Part shown: positions 55,704 through 64,000 of the stretch, piece after piece
How positions within the stretch are numbered: position 1 is the stretch's first letter
How the letters are laid out: each line of letters starts with the position of its first letter
DNA from: Chloroflexota bacterium
GTDB lineage: Bacteria; Chloroflexota; Anaerolineae; DTLA01
Reading direction: 5' to 3'
NCBI GenBank assembly: GCA_014360805.1
Contig: JACIWU010000001.1
Span: forward strand, 3,327 to 67,326
Length of the DNA: 64,000 nt
The notes under the pieces: model-generated
What the model was told of the DNA's origin: nothing
Seen by the model: the letters and a program-made list of their open reading frames with translations, nothing else
Database searches by the model: none
Program-made: the position numbers and the translations under genes

Positions 55704-56509
55704 GAGCGTTCGTCAATCACTTCGCCTTTGAGTTCCGCACCGGCCTACGCAACAAGGACCTGCTTCTGCTCAACTACCTGTTCCCCCTGGGGTTCTACCT
55801 CATGATGGGCGTGATGATGGGCCAAATCAACCCGCTGTTTGTGGAAACCATGATACCCGCCATGGCCCTCTTTGCGGTCCTATCGGCCACCATACTGGGC
55901 CTGCCGAACCCCCTGGTAGAAGCGCGCGAAGGAGGCATCTTCCGCTCGTTCAAGGTCAACGGCGTGCCGGCCGTCTCCATCCTGAGCATCCCGACCCTGA
56001 CGACTGCCTTTCATGCGGTTATCGTGGCATTCATCGTTGCTCTCACGGGCACCCCGCTGTTCAAAGCGCCTGCCCCGGTCAACTGGGTTGCTTTCGCACT
56101 GCTGTGCCTGCTGACAGCATTCACGTGCGCCGGAGTGGGCGCGCTCATCGGCGTGATCTCTGCGAACACGCGGGTTACCATCCTGTGGTCACAACTCGTC
56201 TACCTGCCCTCCATGATGCTGAGCGGGATGATGGTGCCCACAACCATCCTGCCCGCCGCACTCCGCAAAGTGGGCCTCTTGCTCCCGCCAACGTATAGCC
56301 TCTATGCATTTCAAGGCCTGTCGCAGGGGCAGGCCACAGAGGTCAACCCATGGGTCGCCGTGGCGATCTTGAGCGTAGGGGGCCTTCTCGCCTTCGGCAT
56401 GGCGTTGTATCTGTTCAGTTGGGACCGGCAGAATGCGACGCGGCGGGGGCACCCGGCGATGGCTCTCGTTGCGCTTGTGCCGTACATCGTGGGAGCCCTG
56501 GCGCTCTAG
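55700..56509 (+). CDS. ABC-2 family transporter permease
   Basis: 269 aa, 6 TM. Overlaps the ATPase stop. Confidence 0.72.
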   Translation: MRAFVNHFAFEFRTGLRNKDLLLLNYLFPLGFYLMMGVMMGQINPLFVETMIPAMALFAVLSATILGLPNPLVEAREGGIFRSFKVNGVPAVSILSIPTLTTAFHAVIVAFIVALTGTPLFKAPAPVNWVAFALLCLLTAFTCAGVGALIGVISANTRVTILWSQLVYLPSMMLSGMMVPTTILPAALRKVGLLLPPTYSLYAFQGLSQGQATEVNPWVAVAILSVGGLLAFGMALYLFSWDRQNATRRGHPAMALVALVPYIVGALAL

Positions 56510-56628
56510 CCCAGCGCGCCTCGCTCATCCCGCCATGCTTCGCATCCGACGGCAAGCCACAAATGATCCCGGACATCCCGACGCCGCCAGCCGGCCCCGT
56601 GGGGGCAGGGATTCCGAAGGAGGCCGCA

Positions 56629-57444
56629 ATGCCCGAGTACCCCGACATCTACATCCTGGCCCGCAGCATGAACGAAGCCCTGCCCGGCCTGACAATCACA
56701 GGGGCGGATGTCAATCAGCCCAAGTGTGTGAACCTGCCGCCCGACCGGTTCCGCGAGGCCATCCTTGGGCGGGTGTTCGGCGCAGTGGGCCAGAAGGGCA
56801 AGTGGGCGCTGGCCTCCCTGGACGGCGGTCCTGTCCTGGCGCTGAATCTGGGCATGGGCGGCGAGGTGCGGCTACACAGCCCCGACGAAGTCCCAGACCC
56901 CGCACGCGAGCGGGTTGTGTTGCGCCTGTCGGGCGGCGCGCAACTGTGGATTCATTTCTGGTGGTTCGGAAGTGTGCATGTGATCCCGCCTGGTGGGCTG
57001 GACGCACACCCGCAGATCGGAAAACTGGGCCCGGATCCGATGGCCGGGGATTTCACGCCGGAGCGCCTCGCCGAGATGCTCCGGGGCCGGCGCGGCGCAA
57101 TCAAGAAGTACTTGCTGGATCAGTCCTTCATCGCGGGCATCGGCAACGTGTACATCCAGGACATCCTGTGGCACGCGCGCCTGCACCCCCTGCGCCCCGC
57201 CAATACGCTGGACTTCGCCGATGTGCAGCGGCTGCACGCGGCCATTCGCTACGTCTTGGAGGAGGGCATCCGCTGGGGCGGCGGTCCGGGCGAGCAGGAC
57301 ATCTGGGGTAACAAGGGCACGTACCATGAGCACTTGCAGGTGGGCTACCGGACGGGGCAACCCTGCCCGGCCTGCGGCACACCGATTGAGGAACTGCGTG
57401 TAGGGTCCACTACAAGTTACATCTGCCCGCGCTGCCAAACCTGA
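56629..57444 (+). CDS. Fpg/Nei-family DNA glycosylase/AP lyase
   Basis: N-terminal MPEYPD (Pro2 nucleophile). H2TH region. C-terminal zinc finger CPACG...CPRCQ. AAGGAGG RBS. Confidence 0.85.
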   Translation: MPEYPDIYILARSMNEALPGLTITGADVNQPKCVNLPPDRFREAILGRVFGAVGQKGKWALASLDGGPVLALNLGMGGEVRLHSPDEVPDPARERVVLRLSGGAQLWIHFWWFGSVHVIPPGGLDAHPQIGKLGPDPMAGDFTPERLAEMLRGRRGAIKKYLLDQSFIAGIGNVYIQDILWHARLHPLRPANTLDFADVQRLHAAIRYVLEEGIRWGGGPGEQDIWGNKGTYHEHLQVGYRTGQPCPACGTPIEELRVGSTTSYICPRCQT

Positions 57445-57477
57445 GCGCCGCAGGCGAAGGTTCTAGGGAGCCATGGA

Positions 57478-58374
57478 ATGCTGACCGGAATTCACTTCTT
57501 GCTAACGTATGCATGTACCAGCGAATGCGATCACTGCTTCGTCTTCAGCAGCCCCCGCGCCACGGGCACCTTCACGCTGGACCAAATCGCGCAGGTGTTG
57601 GCGCAGGCGGCCGACCTGGGCACAGTGGACGCGGTCTATTTTGAGGGCGGAGAGCCATTTCTGTACTACCCGCTTATGTTGGAGGGGATTCGCCTGGCGC
57701 GCGACCTGGGATTCAAGACCGGCGTGGTTACCAACGCTTACTTCGCCACCACGGTCCAGGATGCGATGCTTTGGTTACGGCCTCTGCGGGACTTGGGCAT
57801 TTCGGATTTGAGCCTCAGCGACGACGCCTTCCACTTTGACACACCAGACAACGCCGCCAAGCGCGCTCTGGAAGCCGCCAAGTTGTTGGACCTGCCTGTG
57901 GGCACCATTTGCATAGAGATGCCGCGCGTGGCAACCGAACCTGGCGCGAGGGAGAAAGGCGCGCCGATTGTGGGCGGCAACGTCATGTTCCGAGGCCGAG
58001 CCGCCGAGAAACTGACCGAGGGGCTTCCGCGCCAAGATTGGCGAAGGTTCACCGAATGCCCCCACGAGGACCTGCGCAACCCCGAGCGCGTCCACGTGGA
58101 CGCTTTCGGCTGGGTCCATCTCTGCCAAGGGTTGTGCATGGGGAATCTGTGGGAAAAGCCGCTCGCGGCGCTGGTACGAGAGTATAGTCCCGACGCGCAT
58201 CCGGTCGTAGGCCCATTGGTACGGGGCGGCCCAACCCGCCTGGCCGAGGAGTACCGGTTGCCGCACGCGGAGGGCTATGCGGATGCCTGCCACCTGTGCT
58301 ACTCCATGCGCCTCGCCTTGACGGACCGCTTCCCCGACCTCTTGGCGCCGAGGCAAGTCTATGTACGGGAATAG
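57478..58374 (+). CDS. Radical SAM domain protein, function unknown
   Basis: CTSECDHC (CxxxCxxC) 14 aa from the N-terminus. Glycine-rich SAM-binding motif FEGGEP. 298 aa. Confidence 0.7.
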   Translation: MLTGIHFLLTYACTSECDHCFVFSSPRATGTFTLDQIAQVLAQAADLGTVDAVYFEGGEPFLYYPLMLEGIRLARDLGFKTGVVTNAYFATTVQDAMLWLRPLRDLGISDLSLSDDAFHFDTPDNAAKRALEAAKLLDLPVGTICIEMPRVATEPGAREKGAPIVGGNVMFRGRAAEKLTEGLPRQDWRRFTECPHEDLRNPERVHVDAFGWVHLCQGLCMGNLWEKPLAALVREYSPDAHPVVGPLVRGGPTRLAEEYRLPHAEGYADACHLCYSMRLALTDRFPDLLAPRQVYVRE

Positions 58375-58428
58375 CATGAGGCGCACAGGCTTGCCGGTGC
58401 ACCCGCAACGGCTGCGCCAGGGAGCACG

Positions 58429-59604
58429 ATGAGCCTCCTGCTTTGCAATGCCACGCTGCTGACGCCCGCGGCGCAGGTGGACCGCGGCGCGCTCCTCGTC
58501 TCCGACGAGGGCCGCATCGCCTACGCCGGGCCGGCGGAGCGCGCGCCCGACGTAGGCGGCGGCTCGCTGAACCTGGAAGGCTACACCCTTGCGCCGGGGT
58601 TCATAGACATCCACACCCATGGCGGGAATGGGATCGCGTTCGGGGGAACCGGCGACGCTACCGGCGAACTCCGCGCCTACTCCGAGTGGGCGGCGGGCCA
58701 TGGCGTTACCGCCTTCCTCTGCTCCCTCGCCGCTCCCAACGCGGATGCTCTACTCCGCCTCGTGCGCGCCTACGCCGACGCGCTGGACACGGACTTGCCG
58801 GGCGCGCAGGCCCTGGGCATCCACCTGGAAGGCCCGTTCCTCAACCCCGATAGGTGCGGTGCCTTCCCGCGCTCCTGGCTGCGCCTCCCGACGCCGCACG
58901 ACGTGGACACGCTCATTCGCGCAGGTCGCGGCTGGATTCGCATGGTAACTCTGGCCCCCGAACTCCCCGGCGCGACCGATGCCACAGCGAGATTTCGGGA
59001 AGCGGGCGCTGTCGTCGCCATGGGCCACACCGATGCCGACTGCGACGCGGCAGCGGCCGCCTTGCGCGGGCCGTTCACGCATGTAACCCACGCCTTCAAT
59101 GCCATGCGCGGGTTCCACCATCGCGACCCAGGCGCTCTCGGCGCCGTCCTCGCATCCGACCATGCCACTGCCGAACTCATCGCCGACGGGGTCCATGTCC
59201 ACCCCGCCGCGATGAGGGTACTCCTGCGCTGCCTGGGGCCAGAGCGGGTCGTGCTCATCACCGACGCATCGCCTTGGGCCGGACAACCTGACGGGACTCA
59301 CGAGTGGCTGGGGCAAACGGTGGACGTGCGAGGCGGCCGCGCCACGCTTCCCGACGGCGGATTAGCCGGCAGCACGGCCACGCTGGATCGCTGCGTGCGC
59401 AACGCCGTGGCGCTCGCAGGTGCTAGCATGGCCGACGCCGTCCGCATGGCGACGCTCAATCCGGCCCGCGCGCTCGGCGTGGACGGACGCATGGGACAAC
59501 TGTCCGTCGGCTCCGATGGGAACCTGGTGGTGCTGGGCGCCGATGGAGAGGTGGCGATAACGTTCGTGCGAGGCAACAAGGTTTACGACCGAGCGCCGAC
59601 GTAG
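58429..59604 (+). CDS. nagA: N-acetylglucosamine-6-phosphate deacetylase
   Basis: Amidohydrolase motifs (IDIHTHGG, HLEGPF, HAFNAM). 391 aa. Confidence 0.85.
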   Translation: MSLLLCNATLLTPAAQVDRGALLVSDEGRIAYAGPAERAPDVGGGSLNLEGYTLAPGFIDIHTHGGNGIAFGGTGDATGELRAYSEWAAGHGVTAFLCSLAAPNADALLRLVRAYADALDTDLPGAQALGIHLEGPFLNPDRCGAFPRSWLRLPTPHDVDTLIRAGRGWIRMVTLAPELPGATDATARFREAGAVVAMGHTDADCDAAAAALRGPFTHVTHAFNAMRGFHHRDPGALGAVLASDHATAELIADGVHVHPAAMRVLLRCLGPERVVLITDASPWAGQPDGTHEWLGQTVDVRGGRATLPDGGLAGSTATLDRCVRNAVALAGASMADAVRMATLNPARALGVDGRMGQLSVGSDGNLVVLGADGEVAITFVRGNKVYDRAPT

Positions 59605-60854
59605 GGAATCGTCATCGGGCCTTCGGGCAGGACGCAGATGGTGGCGTCGGGGCCGTAGCGTTCCACAAGGCTCGCCACGGTGGCCTCTATGGACTCGCAC
59701 GGGTTCAACATCACGCTGCGCAGCGTATCGCCGTCCAGGTAGTCGCTCCTCACATACACGTCGGCTTTCATCTGGATTTGCGCCTGAATCTGCGCCTCCC
59801 ACTGATCCTGCACAGGATGTTCCAACGAAGCGAGGATTTCCAGCAGGGCGCGCGGAGTGGGTGCCAGTTGTAGCAGCCGCTTGAACTCGCCGTGGTCGGG
59901 AATCCCGTCCCAGCATTCGGCCGCAACAATGATGCTACCGCCGGGCTTCACCACCTGGGCGGCGGCCGACATCCCCTTGACCGCCTGGTACAGGTTCAAG
60001 TCCAGGGGGTAACCGGAGTTGCTCGTGATCACGATATCAAAGGGGTGGGGAACCGGCACCAACGCAGCATCGGCGGCAAACTTCGCGCCGGCCGCGTGAG
60101 CCTGGAGCATGTCCCCCGCGAAGACGCCCGTAATCTGCTTGTCGCGGTTCAGGGTTACATTGAGCAGAAAGGTCGGCGCGGTCATCAGCGCCACTTCCCG
60201 CATCTCCTCCCACACCGGATTGCCCTCGGTTACGCCCCACGTAGCGCGGGGGTCGCCGATCATCCGCGCGTCGTGGTTGCCCAGCACCGCGTCCGCGCTG
60301 GCAACCCCGGGTAGCACCGCCTTGGGCCCGCCGGAAAAACCCGCGAAGAAATGCGGCTCAATGAATCCGGTCAGGATTCGCACGTCCGCGCGCATGTAGT
60401 CGGCATTGACGCGAACCTCGTGCCCGTACGACGTGCGCCCCAGATACACCAGGTCGTCCGACCACGCGTCATGCTGCACAATCCGGTACGACTCCGCAAC
60501 CTCGCGCCCAAGCATGGCGCGGAGTTCGTCCGGCGTATTGGGTCGGTGGGTGCCCAGCGCGTTGATGAGCGCGATCTGCGAGCGCGGCACGTGGGCGATT
60601 TCGGCCAGCAGGACGGGCAGCATCCGGTCCCGCGGTTGAGGCCGCGTGAGATCGCTGAAGACGATGGCCACGGTATCCGAAGACTTGACCAACTCCTTCA
60701 GCGGCGGGCTGCCGATGGGCGCTCGCAGTGCGGCGCGGATGGCCTCGGCCTCATCGGGCAGTCCAGGCACGTACCGCGGCTCCACCACCGTAACGTTGCG
60801 GTCGGGCAAATCCACCCACAGCCCTTGCTTCCCATACGCAAGGCGCACCCTCAT
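59583..60854 (-). CDS. LarA-family (nickel-pincer-nucleotide-dependent) 2-hydroxyacid racemase/epimerase homolog
   Basis: DUF2088-type N domain. Conserved GFSGGPKAV (NPN-binding Lys) plus His residues. 423 aa. Confidence 0.78.
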   Translation of the reverse strand: MRVRLAYGKQGLWVDLPDRNVTVVEPRYVPGLPDEAEAIRAALRAPIGSPPLKELVKSSDTVAIVFSDLTRPQPRDRMLPVLLAEIAHVPRSQIALINALGTHRPNTPDELRAMLGREVAESYRIVQHDAWSDDLVYLGRTSYGHEVRVNADYMRADVRILTGFIEPHFFAGFSGGPKAVLPGVASADAVLGNHDARMIGDPRATWGVTEGNPVWEEMREVALMTAPTFLLNVTLNRDKQITGVFAGDMLQAHAAGAKFAADAALVPVPHPFDIVITSNSGYPLDLNLYQAVKGMSAAAQVVKPGGSIIVAAECWDGIPDHGEFKRLLQLAPTPRALLEILASLEHPVQDQWEAQIQAQIQMKADVYVRSDYLDGDTLRSVMLNPCESIEATVASLVERYGPDATICVLPEGPMTIPYVGARS

Positions 60855-60874
60855 ACCGCCTCCCCACTCGCCCG

Positions 60875-62143
60875 TCAGCGAACCGACTTGATGCGCGTCA
60901 GGTCGCCGTCGCGCGCCGCCTCCAGCAACGGCCTCATGTACTCCTCCACCGTTTCGGGCGTCAGCGGCACCGGCATGTTCTCCAGTTTCATCCGCAGTTG
61001 CGGATCTTTGGCGGCCTCCAACGCCCGCTCAATGTGCGCCTCCGAGAAGCCGGGGACTTGACCGAGCGCGGTCGGCAATCCAATGCGCCGATGGAACGCC
61101 ATCATGGCCTCGGCCACCGCGATGCCCAGGTCGCGCCCGTGCAGGCGTGCCAATGGCGCGTCGGTGATGCCGGCCTCGCGGAAGACCTCGCCCACAATGC
61201 GAAGCGGGCCTTCCACGGCCGGGGCGAAGAACACTGCGTAGTACGGGTTCATGATGCCACACGCGCGCCCGTGGCTCAGGATGTCCACCAGCGAGAAACT
61301 CGTGAGATGCGCGCCGCCGGTTCCCCCCAGCATGATGGCGTAGGCCCCCAGGTCGGTCGCCAGTCCCAGGGCCACGCGTGCCTCCAAGTCGGCTGGATTT
61401 CTGACCGCGCGCTCGGCGAAGTTCACGGCCAGTCCGAACACCAAGCGCGCGACCTCGGCCATGGTGTCGTAGTACGGCTTGCCCACCGAATCGTACAGCA
61501 CCTCTAGGGCATGGGCCATCCCGTCCACCACGCCGTCGGCGGTCAGGTCAGGCGGCATGGAGCGGGTAACGCCGTAGTCAAACGCAGCGCGCGCGGGCAC
61601 AATGGCCGGGTCCACGATGAGTTTCTTCTGCCCCGTGCGCGCGTCGGTGATGTTGGAGTACTTCGTCAGGTGGGCGCCGGAACTGGCGGCTGTCTGCACG
61701 GCCAGCATCGGCGCCAACGCTGCGCCGGTCTCCGCCAGCCGCGCCGAGACCCGCCCCACGCCGAAGTACTCGTCCATCGTCCCGCCGAGCGCCCACAGCA
61801 CGCAAGCGGCCTTGACCGCGTCCAGCGTGCTCCCGCTGCCGATGGCGACGACGGCATCGGGCGCAAGCGTGGCCAATTCCGCAGCAATGCGCGCCACATC
61901 CTCGCGGGGCGCGTTCGGGGCTGCGCCCACAACCTGGCCGACCGCGTGGACGCCCGCGTCCGCCAGCGACTGGGAGACTTGCTCCACCACATCGGCCCCG
62001 TGCGAGCGCGGGCGCACAAGGGCCACGCGGCGCCCCAGTTCCGCCGCCAGCGCCCCCGTCTCCCGAAGCGCGCCGACGCCAAAGACGTACCGCTCGCCCT
62101 TGAACTCGCGGAGAATCTGCGTTGCGCGTGTAAACAAGTCCAT
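60875..62143 (-). CDS. Iron-containing alcohol dehydrogenase family oxidoreductase
   Basis: Fe-ADH fold motifs (GGGSTLD-like GSGSTLDAVKA, and the metal-binding His cluster HALEVL...H). A TTG alternative start at 62158. Confidence 0.8.
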   Translation of the reverse strand: MDLFTRATQILREFKGERYVFGVGALRETGALAAELGRRVALVRPRSHGADVVEQVSQSLADAGVHAVGQVVGAAPNAPREDVARIAAELATLAPDAVVAIGSGSTLDAVKAACVLWALGGTMDEYFGVGRVSARLAETGAALAPMLAVQTAASSGAHLTKYSNITDARTGQKKLIVDPAIVPARAAFDYGVTRSMPPDLTADGVVDGMAHALEVLYDSVGKPYYDTMAEVARLVFGLAVNFAERAVRNPADLEARVALGLATDLGAYAIMLGGTGGAHLTSFSLVDILSHGRACGIMNPYYAVFFAPAVEGPLRIVGEVFREAGITDAPLARLHGRDLGIAVAEAMMAFHRRIGLPTALGQVPGFSEAHIERALEAAKDPQLRMKLENMPVPLTPETVEEYMRPLLEAARDGDLTRIKSVR

Positions 62144-62164
62144 CGTCTGCACCCGCAATTGGGC

Positions 62165-62953
62165 CTACTCGGCGACAAGTCGGCGGAATATCGCCTCGGC
62201 CTCGTCGGCGGTGGCCCCCTCGTGTACGATAGCCCGCAGCGCTTGCGCCATCGCCACCGGATGATCGTTCTGCCAGATGTTGCGCCCCAGGTTGATCCCG
62301 ATAGCCCCGCGCTGCATCCCATCGTACACGAAGTCAAAGACCTCGCGCTCCGTGTCGCATCGCGGCCCGCCCGCCATGACCACCGGCACCGGACAGCCCT
62401 CCACCACCTTCTCAAAATCCTTGCACCAGTAGGTCTTCACGACGCGGGCGCCCAGTTCAGCGGCGATGCGGCAGCACAGGGCCAGATACCGCGCATCGCG
62501 CTTTTCTAGTTCCTTGCCCACCGCCGTAACCGCCATCACGGGAATGCCGTAGGTCTCACAGGCGTTCACCAGATTCGCCAGGTTCATGAGCGTTTCATGC
62601 TCGTAATCGCTGCCGACGAAAATGGACACGCCCACCGCCGCGGCGTTCAGCCGGATGATGTCCTCAATAGATGTGGTAACCCCCTCGTGCGCCAGGTCCT
62701 TGCCCACCATGCTCGTGCCGCCCGACACGCGCAGGATGATGGGCTTCGTGTTCGCGGGGTCAATGCACGCCCGCAGGACGCCCCGCGTAACGAACAGCGC
62801 GTCGGCGTAGGGCAGGAGAGGCCGCGCCGTCTCGCCGGGCTTCTCTAGCCGTCGCGTCGGCCCCTGGAAATAGCCGTGGTCAATCGGCAGGAAGAAACAA
62901 TGCCCATCGGGCTGAATCAACTGCGCCAAACGATTCCGCATCCCCCAGTCCAT
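62165..62953 (-). CDS. Class I aldolase of the DhnA/LsrF family
   Basis: DhnA-type aldolase motifs, with the Schiff-base Lys region VVKTYW. AGGAGG RBS before ATG 62953. Confidence 0.78.
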   Translation of the reverse strand: MDWGMRNRLAQLIQPDGHCFFLPIDHGYFQGPTRRLEKPGETARPLLPYADALFVTRGVLRACIDPANTKPIILRVSGGTSMVGKDLAHEGVTTSIEDIIRLNAAAVGVSIFVGSDYEHETLMNLANLVNACETYGIPVMAVTAVGKELEKRDARYLALCCRIAAELGARVVKTYWCKDFEKVVEGCPVPVVMAGGPRCDTEREVFDFVYDGMQRGAIGINLGRNIWQNDHPVAMAQALRAIVHEGATADEAEAIFRRLVAE

Positions 62954-63103
62954 GCCAGCGTCCTCCTGTCGTGCGTGAGTTTTACGCGGCAAGTATAGGC
63001 GACCTCGCCGCATCGCGCAAGTGCTTTACAGTCTGACACTTGTGCTGTACAATGCGAGTCGGGGCTTTCTGGCAGCACCCTACGGGGCGCGGGAGGAATC
63101 AAG

Positions 63104-63793
63104 ATGACAGCAAAGGGAAGTCTGGGGATTTTCATCGGGTGGCCCATCGCCACCCCGCTTCGGTTGCGCGAAAATGTGGAGGGCGGCCCACCACCGCCCC
63201 CCGACCCCGACTGGGTGGCCGACTTCCAATCCGCCCAGGGGCGCGCCCCCAACCAGCAGGACTGGCAGGACCATCTCCTGTCCCTCCGCTATCCGGGCAC
63301 CGGCCCGAATGGCGAGTGGCTGGACCGCGACTGGCAGGTGTACTATCGGCTCGTGGACCTTCTCGGCGGCGACTTGCTCAGCCAAATCGGCAAACCCGGA
63401 GGGCACGGCGCTGCCTTCTACTCCGGTGTCGGCGTGCTCCTCGCCCTGTGGAAACTGGAGCCAGGCCCCGACGGCACGCGCATCGCCTACGTGCGCAACT
63501 TCCCCGCAGGCGGCATCCCGCCCAACACCACGGGTTGGACATGGGGCAACACCATCCTTATCCTGGAGAGCGAGCGCAACAACCGTCCACTCCTCATGCA
63601 CGAATACACGCATGTCCTCCAGTATCGCCACAAAGGCATCCGGTATGTGCCCAACTACCTCAAGGGCGGCCTGTACAATTGGGACAACAACCCATACGAA
63701 ATGCAAGGGGTGGAAGTCCAGCAGATTTACGAGTGGAACCCGTGGCTTCCGCCCATTTGGGAAATCGTGTGGGCGGGCGGGAGGTCTGGGTAG
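63104..63793 (+). CDS. DUF4157-like (eCIS core / zincin-like HExxH) domain protein
   Basis: GAAFYSGVGV...LLMHEYTHVLQYRHKG matches the DUF4157 HExxH core. 229 aa. GGGAGG RBS. Confidence 0.6.
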   Translation: MTAKGSLGIFIGWPIATPLRLRENVEGGPPPPPDPDWVADFQSAQGRAPNQQDWQDHLLSLRYPGTGPNGEWLDRDWQVYYRLVDLLGGDLLSQIGKPGGHGAAFYSGVGVLLALWKLEPGPDGTRIAYVRNFPAGGIPPNTTGWTWGNTILILESERNNRPLLMHEYTHVLQYRHKGIRYVPNYLKGGLYNWDNNPYEMQGVEVQQIYEWNPWLPPIWEIVWAGGRSG

Positions 63794-63794
63794 G

Positions 63795-64000
63795 ATGAGC
63801 GCAAGGCACATGGGAAGGCGACTCGGCCTGTTGGTGCTCCTCGTCGGTGCGGCGTGCCTTCTCGCCGGCTGCGACGCTACCTACGACTTGGTCATAGAGA
63901 ACCAGACGACCCAGCCCGTCTCCGTTGCCCTGTACGACCGCATCGTGTACGAACTGCAGCCCTGCTCGGTCCAGATCAGCACCATCGCGGGGCCTGCGAC
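63795..64000 (+). CDS. Lipoprotein, 3' partial (continues beyond the window)
   Basis: MSARHMGRRLGLLVLLVGAACLLAGC lipobox signal peptide. Starts 1 nt after the upstream stop. Confidence 0.5.
   Translation, partial: MSARHMGRRLGLLVLLVGAACLLAGCDATYDLVIENQTTQPVSVALYDRIVYELQPCSVQISTIAGPA

Noticed and set aside
1-64000. Search for tRNA/rRNA genes, CRISPR arrays, transposases and integrases
   Set aside because: None found. No GGTTCGANTCC-type T-arm signatures in intergenic regions, no regularly spaced 28-37 bp repeats, and no IS/integrase-like translations.

Overview
High-GC (about 68-70% by eye) bacterial chromosomal segment carrying roughly 70 genes and a mostly housekeeping or accessory-metabolic gene set. 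Secreted and lipoproteins with Pro/Thr-rich linkers, lipobox signals, canonical TTGACA-17-TAnnnT promoters and some leaderless starts weakly suggest a Chloroflexota-like organism. The annotated content comprises: a PiT phosphate transporter with its DUF47 partner; an S8 subtilase; a BNR lipoprotein; an ArsR/SmtB regulator in an AT-rich islet; an alpha-glucan phosphorylase; DDAH; an orphan HicA-like toxin; a large polytopic membrane protein; a 5'-nucleotidase; a WD40 lipoprotein; a GNAT, AsnB-like, ABC transporter cluster; TtcA and IMPase; DeoC; a KimA-family K+ transporter followed by two TrkA/RCK genes; a three-subunit xanthine-dehydrogenase-family molybdoenzyme; a hybrid HTH-REC regulator with an ECF sigma/anti-sigma pair; two ABC-2 exporters; two tandem mosaic GT39 glycosyltransferases followed by a PT-tailed secreted repeat protein; Fpg; a radical SAM protein; NagA; a LarA-homolog, Fe-ADH, aldolase operon; and a DUF4157 HExxH protein. 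The most system-like element is a five-gene minus-strand operon at 47.9-53.5 kb: a thioredoxin-like 2Fe-2S ferredoxin, a sensory HydS-like [FeFe]-hydrogenase with a PAS domain, a SpoIIE/PP2C phosphatase, a small membrane protein and a RACo-like ASKHA/2Fe-2S ATPase. Non-coding structure includes a 149-bp tandem duplication in a divergent promoter region, a dispersed family of CCCCTC...GAGGGG hairpin (REP-like) elements placed just 3' of genes, and a phased 10-bp repeat array in a convergent intergenic region. No tRNA, rRNA, CRISPR array or obvious transposase was seen. All calls rest on reading the translations and motifs; no database searches were run.
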